Assembly: GCA_002104945.1 (NCBI GenBank)
Contig: MCFH01000005.1
Location: forward strand, 496,001-560,000
Direction of reading: 5' to 3'
From: Piromyces finnis finn
Taxonomy: Eukaryota; Fungi; Neocallimastigomycota
DNA length: 64,000 bases
In this document: one piece after another, positions 12,725-29,157 of the stretch
Layout: every line of letters starts with the position of its first letter
Numbering within the stretch: position 1 is the first letter of the stretch
Notes under the pieces: generated by a model
Seen by the model: only the letters and a program-made list of their open reading frames with translations
Databases searched by the model: none
What the model was told of the DNA's origin: nothing
Made by a program: the position numbers and the translations under genes

Positions 12725-14163
12725 ATGTTACCAACACCTGATTTATCACATTTAACTTCCCAAGATTATAGAAATGTTTATGAACCTTCTGGTATTTTAA
12801 AATAATATAAATTTATTTAAGCATTACTTTTGATAATAATATTATCAAAAGTTATAATTAAAATCTTTAAACATTATATATTAAAATTAGTAATTCTTTA
12901 TTATATCTTTTATTATCAACTCTACATGTAAAACTAATAACAAAATATATATTTAACAATAGAGGATACATTTTTATTATTAGATTCTTTAGAAGAAGAT
13001 CAAGAATATATTAAACAATTAAAACCAAAAATTTGTTTGGAAATAGGGTATAATTTAATTACAATTTTTAGATATATTAATAATTTAAGTATTTTAAAAT
13101 AAAAATAATTATATAAAATATTAATAAAGGTCTGGTTCAGGTTGTGTTATTACTTTTTTAGGACAAATTGTTGGAAAAAATTCAGGTATATATGAAAAAT
13201 AATTTATTATTTTAAATTATGTTAAAAAGTTTAATAAGATTAAAAGAAAAATATTATAAAGTATAATTTTCTTTTTTGAAAATTTAAAAAATAATTAAAT
13301 AAAATTATAATAAGAAAATTTAATTTACTATTCCTTATAAATGAAAACATTATTAATATATATTTACTTTATATATTATCGAATATCTTTTTAGTATATA
13401 TTACAACAGATATTAATCCTGAAGCTGCAAAAATTACACAAAAAACTGGAAAACAAAACAATGTAAATAGTAATTAAAATTAATATAATAATAATGATAA
13501 TAATATATAAATATGTCAAAGAATTGAAGAAAAAAAAAAAAATTCTTAATATTAATTGTTATTTAAAATATTAAACACTATGATTTAAAAGATAAAAATT
13601 GATGCAATAAATACTGATTTAGTTAATGGGATATTACCAAGATTAGAAAATTCTATAGATATTATTTGTTTTAATCCACCATATGTAATTACTGAATCAA
13701 GTGATATTAATTCATCTTTAATTGCTGCTTCTTGGGCTGGAGGAATCAAGGGTAGAGAAGTTACTGATCGTGTTTTACCATATATTCCTGTATGAATTAT
13801 GCTATTATGCTTATAATATTTATATTTAGTATTTTTTATAACATGCATTTAATTATTTATTTCATTAAAGAAATTATTAGCACCAGGAGGAAGTTTTTAT
13901 TTATTATTGATTCAAGATAATAAACCTCAAGAAATTGTTGAAATAATGGAATCATATAATTTAAAATATCAAGTAAATTAAAAATACATTATATATTTAA
14001 ATAATAATTTAATGAAATTATTATATTTTTTTTTGTCATAAAAAATTTAATAATTAATTTATTTATTTATTGTTATTAATGCTTTATATTTTTATAGTTA
14101 ATAAAGAAAAGAAAAGCTGGTATTGAACAACAATTTGTATTAAAATTTACTAAACCATTATAA
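12725..14163 (+). CDS. MTQ2: eRF1 glutamine methyltransferase catalytic subunit (MTQ2/N6AMT1/HEMK2)
   Basis: Spliced MLPTPDLSHL...VYEPSEDTFLLLDSLE, SAM-binding LEIGSGSG, TDINPEAA, FNPPYV, WAGGIKGREVTDR and LLAPGGSFYLL; stop codon at 14161-14163. Confidence 0.93.
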
Positions 14164-14684
14164 TTAAAAATTATAAATATTGCATAAATTTTTAATAATG
14201 GAAAAATTATGTAACATTTATTTTGAATTTTATTGGCTAATAAAACTAGAAAACCAATAAAATTTTAGCAAATTTTACTCATAAGAATTTAACTATTTTA
14301 AAATTTTAATATAGTATATAATATCATAAACTTGGATATTATTAAATATCTGGTTTGAATTTCTTATTAAAGAAATAAACGCACTACAACACCTTTTGAC
14401 AATTTATAAATCATTCTGATTTGTGTGTTAAAAGTTTTCTTGGTTGCGAATAATTTATTAAAATCCGATTTAATCGCGCTATGGTAGGATATTTAACTAA
14501 CATAAGCGTTTCATGACTCGGATAAATTTACTTTGTAAAGGCATGAATTTAAAAATTAAGTAATATATATATATTTTATTTTAGTGATATTTAATTATGT
14601 TTTGATAGTGTGGACACTTATGAGTTGTAATTAGTTGAAGAATTAGAAGTATAATGTTTGGAAATTATTGTTTATTTATTAATT

Positions 14685-14888
14685 AATATGATGATTTAGT
14701 ATAAATCCTAGATTTTTGGCCATTTTAGCCAGACTTTTTTCCATTTTTTCCATTTTTTTACCTGGTTGACCCTGGCAAATCTTAGTTCAAAGAGAATTTG
14801 AGAAAGTGTAACTTTCCATAATTCGTCAAGAGATGGATATCCCGTTGAACATATTCGCCGCTCGAAACATACACTAAATCATCACACT
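14685..14888 (-). other. GC-rich intergenic island bounded by a 19-bp inverted repeat; candidate structured ncRNA or transposon-end remnant
   Basis: About 40% GC over 14761-14880, far above the flanking AT-rich DNA. Positions 14685-14703 pair with 14870-14888, and all three mismatches become G-U pairs on the minus strand. No known ncRNA family recognised. Confidence 0.35.
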
Positions 14889-15368
14889 TGATAGACATGC
14901 TTGAATATAAAGTAACAATCATGTTAATTATATTTATGATTTGTACTTTTAAACTATAATTTATGCTACATATTTTTATTACATCTGCATATTTGTTGTC
15001 GGTATATATATATAGGTTGAAAAAAAAAAGTTATTAATAAAAATTTTATATTTATGTTATAAAATTAATAATGAAATACTATTAAAGTTTATTTATAAGA
15101 CTGTAAATTGTAAATTTATTGGTTATTATCATTAAAATTTTTTATATAAATTAATTTTAATAAATATACATTATATAATTTTCAAAGAAAGTTGCTTGAA
15201 TATAAATTAAATATAAAGTTTTAGTAGTTATTTCATTATAATTTAATTATTTTTATTTTAAAAGAATAATTATATTTATAAATATTATTATCATTTTTTT
15301 TAAAAGAAAAAGGAAAAATAGTATAAATAGTAGTAAATGTTCATTTATTTATTGTTATCATTTTCAAA

Positions 15369-17797
15369 ATGTGGAATATAAAATCTCAATCCTACACATG
15401 GGAGGATCATTTAAATAGAGCTAAGCAATTAATTAATATTAAAGACTATACATTAGCCAATAAATACATTTCTGAAGTAAACATCAAATCATTAAGAAAG
15501 ATCATTTAATTCTCATTATCTATATAATGTAAAAATATTTTATTAAAGGCTATTTTTCATTATTATTATCTTTTAAATCTATAACTCAAAACCTTTTAAT
15601 ATATGTGACCTTTTCAATCAAGGCTATTAGAATAAAAAATGATGAATACATATTATTTAAAATCCGTAGTAGTATATTAGTAAAGCTAAATAGATATAAT
15701 GATTCTTTACTTGATTGTCAGAAGATGATACAATTAAAACCAAACGATGGTGAAGTATGTTATCATATATAATTATATATAGGTTTAATATAATGCCTGA
15801 CTTTTTTTTTTTTTTTTTTTTGTTCAGTAAATGTATTAAAATATTTTTATATATCTATTGTAATTTTGATAATTAATTATTATGTAAATATTATAAAGGG
15901 CTATATTAGAGCTTCAAAATTATTGAGTGAAATGAATAATAAAAAAAGTTCATATCAAATTTGTATTATTGCATTAAAAAAAGTTCCATCTTCAGATAAA
16001 TATTATAATGTATATTATTTTTTTCCTTTTTTTTCTATTTTTTTTTTATTATAAGATATGTATTAATTTATTTTTATTTTTATTTTTATTAAATTATATA
16101 ATAAAAGCTATTTAAAAAACAAATAGATGAATATAAGAGTAAAAGGAAGAGTGAAAATGTATTGTTCAAAAATAATACTAAAAGGATAAAATCTAATGGT
16201 GTAAATAGTTTAAATTCCACAAATTCTACAAATGTAGTATATTTTTTTATTTTGTTAAATATACAACCAAATTTATATTAATAATATAATTTATTTTACG
16301 TATTATCAACAATAAATTATCCTTTAGATTATTAAAACCAGACCTATATTACCATATGAAGTATTAGCTAAAGTATATAGACAATTATCGTATAAAGATT
16401 TATATAATTGTATGATAACATGTAAAAGATGGTATGAATGCATTATCAATAATAAGTCTTTATGGAGAGATATATGTTTAAGTAATTGTAGGCATTTTTA
16501 TACTTTAAATACAATTCAATTAATTGCGAAAAGAAGTCAGAATATGCTTCGAACATTAGATCTTAGTAATTGTCCAGAAATTTCAGATAATGCATTAAGA
16601 CCATTATTACTTTATCGTTGTAATGGAATTGAAACATTTAGACTTTCTTTTAACACAAGAGTTACTTATAATGGTATTATTAAGTATGTTTTTTTTTTTT
16701 TTAAATACAGTATTGTAGTTATTAAATTTTTATATATGATTATATGGTATTATGGTATTTTCTATTTTAATATTATTAATTATTAAACATAAAAATACGT
16801 TATATATACATAGTTAATATATATCTACATTATTTATACTTTTATAAAATTTTGTAGGTTACTAAAAATAATAGGATTAAATTTAACTAGTTTATCATTA
16901 CAGAAAACACAAGTTAATGATAGAGTCATAGAACATATTTTTATGAATTGTCCAAAATTAGAATATTTGGATCTTTCGGATTGCATAAATATAAGTTCCG
17001 ATTGCTTTATGAGTGTATATAATCGAAATAAAAAAATATATCCTATGAAAGGTCTTCGGTTTCAAAATCTTTCAACAATTATAAATAAAACTATAGGAAC
17101 TTGTACAGAATTATTTCCATTACTAGAAATTTTGGATCTTAATAATTGTGGTAATATTACAAAATCAGTATTATTAGCAGTGGGGTCTTTTACTGAATTG
17201 AAAGAATTAAATTTATCTGGAACCTCTATGAATATACCAGTTCATATATCATTAGAAGATCATTTTTTATATTTATTTGAAAAATGTCAAAAAATAGAAA
17301 ATATATCATTTATACGATTTCCAATTCTTACAGATGTTTGTATTGATATAATGTGTGGGTTTTGTTCTAATTTAAGAAAAATAAATATAAGTCATTCAGT
17401 GAACATTACTGATAGATCACTTGATTTATTATCAAATGCATTAAAATATACACTTTCATCAATAAATATATCTTCTTGTCCACAAATAACTAATGAAGGC
17501 TTATTATTTGTTTTTAATCGATGTGAAAAATTAGAGGAAATAGATATATCTAACAATTCAAATATTACTGATTATTTATTCAGATTATATGACAATCCAA
17601 AATTACCAATTATTAATATAAATGTATCAAATTGTGAAAGTATTACAGGAAATGGAATTATTTTATTTATTGAAAAAGTATTAGATACTTTAAATTTTAT
17701 TAGAATAGATTATTGTCGCATTTCTAATTCAACTTTAAATTTTATCTATCGAAGATTCCCAAACATAAAATTTAGTGCAAAGTTAGAAAAATTATAA
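15369..17797 (+). CDS. TPR + F-box + leucine-rich-repeat protein (Dia2/Pof3-like SCF substrate adaptor)
   Basis: Spliced N-terminal TPR-like helices (...RYNDSLLDCQKMIQLKPNDGEGYIRASKLL), an F-box (LPYEVLAKVYRQLSYKDLYNCMITCKRW) and multiple cysteine-containing LRRs (LxxLDLSxCxxISD). This domain order matches Dia2/Pof3. Confidence 0.82.
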
Positions 17798-18388
17798 AAT
17801 CTAATCAGAATCAAAACCTTTATTTTATTTTGAGATACATTTTAACTTTTGGAATGATAATAATATTATTAATAAAATATTTTTCTTATATTAATGTATT
17901 AATATATTAATGCTTAGTAATAGTAATAGAATTTACATATATTCTTTATTATTATTTTTAATTGTATAATCGTATATTATAATTTAGTTTTTAAAATTTT
18001 TGAAGGTAAAATTTTTATAAAAAATGATTATTTAAAATAATTAAAAATCTATCTAACAACAGTTTATTATATTCATTTAATTGTTTTTTTAATTTTTATT
18101 TCAAAAAATACTTTTTTTCGTTATTTGGTAGTAATTTAATTAGGTAAAATAATTTTTTTTATACAACTATTGTATTAAAGAACAAAACTTTATAAATTAT
18201 TAATTACAATATATAATTAAATTATATATAATATAATTTTAAAGTTTTAAAGTTATTTGTAATACAATATTTGATTGGATAAATGAAATTATAGAGATTA
18301 TTATATTTAATAATATATATATATTTTTTTTTTTAAAAAATTTATACAAAAAGCTGTAATATTAATAGTTATTTAGTTTTAATTCAAA

Positions 18389-22738
<4,350 letters not shown>

Positions 22739-23715
22739 ATTAATAACTTATGCAATATGTAGTTATTATAAAATATCTTAATAATATATTATCTTTTCTT
22801 TAATATTTTATCTAATTTTTTATAATTTAATTTATAACAATATATTATAAATAATATTTTCTTTAATTTTGAAGTATATAATCAATTTATAAATTTAAAA
22901 AAAAAAAAAAAAAAAATAGAAATTTAAATAAGTAGAATTTAATAAAAAATGAAATATAATTATTTTATATACATTTTAATTGTTTTTAATATTATAGACT
23001 GTATTGTATATGTGCATTATTAATTTTAAAAAAAGATATTTGATATTTATATAATTTTTAATCTGTGTAGTAATATTGTAGTAATATGAAGAAATGAGTG
23101 TTAATTTCATATAACAATAAAAGATAATTTATATAATTATACAATTGAAAGATTGAGTTTTGAATATTAATAATTCATTTAACTTATTTTTTTTGTAAAG
23201 TATTGAAAGCATAGATATTTATTTTAAAATATTTTATATATACAGTTTTTAATAACTAAGGTGATAATGAAAATAAATTTACATGTATTTTAAAAGAGAA
23301 GGTATTATATGAGTGTAAATTTAATTAAAAAAAAAAATCTTTTTTTTTTTTAAATAATTTAAAGTTTTAATTAAATTAAACAAAATAATTAGATAATTTT
23401 TTATAACTTTTTTAATAACATTTATATTTTTAATAATTCCATTTAATTTTAGATGTAAATGTAACAATTTACCATTGAATTAACATTTGAAAATATATAT
23501 ATTTGGTTTAATTTTTTTTTCCTGTAATATTATTCTTATATTTTAACATTTTATTGAATTATTATTAATTATAATGCTTTTTTTTTTTTCTCTTTCTTTC
23601 TTTTACTTTTTTTTTCTTCAAGGTAGAATAAATTTTTAATAGACTTAGGTAATATATATTATACCAAATCAACAACAATATATATTTTACTTTCACTCGT
23701 TATTTATTTAAAATA

Positions 23716-26268
23716 ATGCTGTCTTCATCATTGTATATTAATAATAATAAAAAAGCTTCAAATGGTAATAACTGAATAATAACTCTACCCACATATATAT
23801 AAAAGTTTTTTTTAACTGTTTTAATTTCATATATTATTTATTAGTTGAAACAATTGATTTCTCAAGATATTTATCACAAAATTCCTTTTTTCCACCAACC
23901 CCAGAAAATAATTTTACATATAAATTTTATACTCAAGGTAATTTTTATAAATAGTAATTATTTCATTTTTATTATATTTATATAATAATATGATTTTTTA
24001 TTAATATATATATTTCTTGGAATGTAATAATTGAAGATGAAGGAGTAATTAATAAATTTAAAACAAATAATTCTTCTATTATTAATAGAATAGAAGTATT
24101 AAAAGAATCATTAATAGATATAATATCTAAAAGCAATAATAATATTATAAGATTTAAAAGTAATGCAAATGACATTTCGAATTCATGTTATAATAATTAT
24201 CAAAATAATACAAAAAAAATTTTTTTTGATGAAGGGCAAATTAACAATATAAATGACATATTAAAGCCAAAAATAAATAATTATTTAAATAAAAAAGAAA
24301 TTCATATTCCGTTTAAAATCAATTGTAGGAATAATTCTTATTTAAATTATATATCAGTAAACAATAAGAAGAATGTTTTTTTAAATATATCAAATAAATT
24401 CGAAGAAAATAATTTAAAAATAAAAGAAACTGATAATCATGAAAATAGTATATATATTTCGAAATCCTTAATACAACACAATAATATCAAAAATATAAAT
24501 GGAAAAGAAAAATTAAAAATGGAAAATGAGGGTTATAATGAAAAATCACATCAATTAAACACCAGCTCAAGTTTAACATATGATAAATCAACTTTTATGT
24601 CAAACAAGACTTATGTTAATAATTCATTTGATAAATCACATAGTAATATAGATATGAATGAATATAAAAAAATACTTGGAGAAATTAATAATACTTTGGA
24701 CTCTAGAAATAAAACAACTAATAGAAAGAATAGTGATACTATTAATAATAATGTTAGTTTGATATCTTCTTTTATTGGTGATAATCAAATATCAACAATA
24801 GGGTATAAAATATTTCCTGAAACATTTGATAAAACATTGTCATATCAAGTAACAAGTCCATATATTAAAAAAACTGATTGTTTTAAATATAATGGTTTTT
24901 TTGATGAGGATAATGATCCCTTTAATTCGAGATTTAGTCAATTTGATTTTTTTGATAAATCATATATAGAAAATGAAAATGAAAATGAAAGTATAAAATC
25001 CCATATTTTTATTGAAAATAATGAAAAAAAACTTAATAAAAAATTAAGTAATATAATTGAAAAAGGTGATGAGTCATCATTTATAGATTTTAAGCCATAT
25101 AAATTATATATGAATGCATTTTATAGTAGAGGTAACTTTGAATTTCCTAATTCACAAGATTCTAATCAAGGAATTAATGATAAGAATACATTATTAACTA
25201 GGGATGTCAAAGATACATTATCCTTTAGTTCATCTAATTTAACGTCATCTTTTATATCTACAGATTCAAGTTTTGAAATTAAGAAAGCTGATTTAGATAT
25301 TAGATTCACACAGGATAATCAGCTTAAAGCGGAACATATTGCAAATATGACTCCAGGAACATTCTTTGGTTCAAGAAGTGCCCCATTAGGGTGCTTAGAT
25401 GGAGAAAGCTTAACACCATCACAAAGAGTAATTATTTTAAAATTAGTATCATTAACTTAATTAGTTAAATTTATTAACTTGAAATTATTTGTTATAGCCT
25501 TTATATAAATATTTTACACCTCGATCAGAACTTATTAAAGAATTTTCATTATCTGATATTGATTCAGAAAATATTGTATCTACTAATAAAGAAAATATAT
25601 TTCATACAATTTCAAATATTAATAAAAAAGATAATTTTTTAATATTTGAAGATGAAGACAAGCTTAATAATAGAGAAGATGAAAATAATTTTGGCATTAA
25701 CAATAAATCCTTTTTAAAACCTACAAAAGATTTAGAAACAACTAAACATGAAAGCAATTTTAAAAAATCATTAAGCTCATCATTAAAACGAAAAATAAAG
25801 AAACAAACAGTAGTATTTTTATCTACTGTTATGTCACAAACAAGTTTTGATCAACAAAAGTATTTTATTGATTTCGGAAGTATAAAAATTAATACAAGAA
25901 AACACTGGGATATAGTTCTTAAATGTGATATCCTTAAAGTAATAAACTGGCAATTAACTCAAGAAAAAACAATATTAAAAAAAAAAATTTCAAAAAATGG
26001 TAATGGTAATAATATTATGCAAACTCATACTTTAGATATTGATTCATTTTCAGTCAATTATACCCATGGTAAAGTAAACCCAAATAGAGAAAAAAAAATA
26101 ACACTATCTTTTTTTCCAACAGCAACTGGAAAATATTATAAAAAAATAATTATAAATATAGGAAGACATAAAATTCTATTTAATATTGAAGGTTATAGTA
26201 TTTCAACAAATACTTCAATAAAGCTTACAAATAATTATCAAAATAATAAATATATATTATTAAATTAG
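23716..26268 (+). CDS. CEP192/SPD-2-like centrosomal protein with one C-terminal ASH (Ig-like) domain; first and last exon boundaries tentative
   Basis: Proposed exons 23716-23764, 23846-23937, 24037-25427 and 25498-26268 splice in frame with GT-AG. Contains MTPGTFFGSRSAPLGCLDG...RPLYKYF, similar to a CEP192 block as I recall it, and an ASH-like domain (FIDFGSI...FSVNYTHGKV...ITLSFFPTATGKY...LFNIEG). Confidence 0.6.
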
Positions 26269-26937
26269 AAATAGCCTTTTTTGAAGGTACATATTTCAAT
26301 GTAACTATTATTTATATCTATTTATACATATTTAGATAATAATAAAGAAACTAAATAAATTACCATTAAAATTCAAAATATTAAAATAATGAATTATATA
26401 ACTTATATAAATAAAGAAAGTAATTTATTTTAATAATTAATATATATTATAATATTTAAGAAAAAAAGATTGTTTGTTTAAATATTAATAATTTCTTATT
26501 TAATAAAACGTTTTATATTAATAATATTAATAATAGTACTGCAGATGACTTTTAAAATTAATATTGATAATTAATAATTTCATGTAAAAATTCTAAGAAA
26601 TTGTTTTCCCTATTCCTTCAAAACATTTTTTTATTTATTCAAGTTTTAATATTATTTTTAAACAATTTATTTATTAATATTAATAAAAATCTAATAATAA
26701 TATTTCAAAAATAAAATTCTTTATATTTAAATATAAAAAAATTACTAAATTAATTTTTTTTAAGAGAAAATATAACATTTTTGAAAAAGTATTTTTTTTG
26801 GAAATAAATATAAATCAATATGATTGGCTGAAATCCAAAATAGTCTAAGCCATGATTTTTTATGTATAATGATTTTATTTCCTTAAAATTAGTTTCTCTC
26901 TTTCAACTCATAACTCTAAATATATTATTAAAATAAA

Positions 26938-27372
26938 ATGGTAAGATATTAATGAATATTTTAATTTATATTAAATTTTTGATGTATTGGTATATTATTA
27001 TATTATAGTATTCCAAAATAAAATATATTTATAATATAAATGATGGATGGATAGAAATGTATGGTAAGAATGTTGACTAATATAATTTTATAAAATAATA
27101 TAATTCAAAAGGGTAAAGTTCACGGATCATTAGCTCGTGCCGGTAAGGTCAAGGGTCAAACCCCAAAGGTCGACAAACAACCAAAGAAGAAGTCTAAGAC
27201 CGGACGTGCCAAGAAGAGAATTCTTTACACTCGTCGTTTCGTCAACACTGCTTCTGCTTTCGGAAAGAGAAAGGTTAATAAAATTTTATTGATATTATAA
27301 TTTAATATTTTAATTGATTTATTAATATATGTTTAATATCTATTAAAATAGATGAACGCCAACTCTGCTTAA
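26938..27372 (+). CDS. RPS30: 40S ribosomal protein S30 (eS30), fungal type without ubiquitin-like fusion
   Basis: ATG-only exon 26938-26940, then exons 27112-27273 and 27352-27372: [46 protein letters not shown]...; codon usage typical of a highly expressed gene. Confidence 0.97.
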
Positions 27373-28535
27373 GTTAATTGAATAAAATATAGTTAATGTA
27401 AAGCGACCAAATTATTTTGTATATTAAAGCAAAAATAATTTAGAGTAAATCAACAAATTAAAATTGAATAAATTGTTGAAATAAAAACAAAAAACAATTA
27501 TATCTTTGTGTGGAAATTATTGTTAAATTTTAAATTTTAATATTGAAAATCGAAAATAATAATACCAGAATAACGAAAGTTTTAAAAATCAGTTATTTTT
27601 AATTATCATAAATAATTAAACAGATTGTTTGAGTAATGAAGTTAAAAATTAAAATAAGTTAATTTTTAAACAAATGTATCATTGAAGTAATATATAAATA
27701 AGTATTATTTTAGTGCTATTATTTTTCATTTATAAAATACGACAATTTGTTAAAATAATTTTATTTTTACTTAAAAAATATTTGTAGTATTTTTCTAAAC
27801 ATATCAAAAAAAGTTAATAATAAATATATTTTTTATGTTAATAAAAATGGGAAGAAATAAATATTATAAATAAGGGGTTAAAAGGAAGAATTATTTTTAT
27901 ATTAAAATTTTATTAATGATAATTAAGAATTTTTTATAAAAGTATTTTTTATATTATAAATAATGCTTTTGAAATAAAATCTTAAATTTGTTTCTATTTA
28001 ATTTTTTGGTAGGAAAAAGTATTTATATGTACAGATTAGCAATTTATTGATTTTATATTTTATGTGCATATAAAATGCATTGAAGCAAAATTCTTGAAAC
28101 TATATTTTTGATTTATTTATTTTTTATTTATATCAATTGCTGAAATTTAAAATGAAAATTTAAATGAATTAAAAAATTATTAAATAATTTTTTTATACAT
28201 CGTTATATCTGTGAGACATTTTAAAAAATTAGTATAAATTTTTATGCTACATATTCATTAAAATTTTAGTAATTCTAAAATATAATTCTTAAATATAAAT
28301 GGGGAGTATTTTTTTTTTTTTTAACAAGTTAAATTATGATTAAAATAATTAATTGCTAAATTATGATTAATTAAATTTTAATTACATCTATAATAAAATT
28401 ATTCAAAAATTCTTTTTCGAAAAACAAATTATATATTTTGATTTTTAAAGTTTGAGATAAAGATATGAAAAAAATAATTAAATATTATTTACATAAAGTT
28501 AAATTCTAAATGTTATTTAAAGCAAATTCTAGTAA

Positions 28536-28536
<1 letters not shown>

Positions 28537-28583
<47 letters not shown>
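28537..28583. repeat. (TTA)n microsatellite
   Basis: Directly visible; it accounts for the spurious poly-Leu ORF 28510..28779. Confidence 0.9.
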
Positions 28584-28585
<2 letters not shown>

Positions 28586-29157
28586 ATATATATTCATATT
28601 TAAAATATGATGGGCATATTTTTATAATTGTACTTAATTATAAAAAAGAAAATAGAGTTATAAGTATATTTCTATTATTATATAACCAATTTATTAATTT
28701 TTATTTTATTTTATTTTTTTTTATTTTATTTTTTATTTTATTTTTTAATATAGTTAATGTAATGAACTATAGAAATTAAATTATTATTGATATTATTCAA
28801 AATTATATTATGGGAAAGTACTGTTATATTGGAGTATTAATATAGTCCTTTAAGTAATCGAAGTTAATATATTTATTACTAATTATAAATAATAACCATA
28901 CACAATTTATTATTAACACATTTAAAATAAAAGAGGAAGAATATACTTTTTTTTTTTGGATAATTGTATATTAATATAAATAAAATCTTTTTATATTTAA
29001 TATAGTATTAAAAAAAAAAAATACAGAATTATTATAATTTTTTTTTTTTAATATATAGAAGAAAACAATATTATTATTTATTGAAATTATTATTTACATA
29101 ACAAGTCAAATAAAGTTTAATGTATTATATTATTATTATATTATAAGAAAATTAAAG

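Noticed and set aside
14759-14778. TACCTGGTTGACCCTGGCAA resembles the 5' end of 18S rRNA (17/20 matches to TACCTGGTTGATCCTGCCAG as recalled)
   Set aside because: The similarity stops after 20 nt and no further rRNA sequence follows, so it is not called an rRNA. It is noted only as part of the GC island.
14760-14874. Possible minus-strand exon VCFERRICSTGYPSLDELWKVTLSQILFELRFARVNQ with AG/GT borders
   Set aside because: Codon usage is rich in G/C-ending codons unlike host genes, the best assembly is only ~43 aa, and I recognise no homology. It is kept only as an alternative explanation of the GC island.
15404-15451. GGATCATTT and AAGACTATAC strings resembling U3 snoRNA box A and 5' end
   Set aside because: They occur in the wrong order, lie inside the first coding exon of the F-box gene, and no B, C or D boxes follow.
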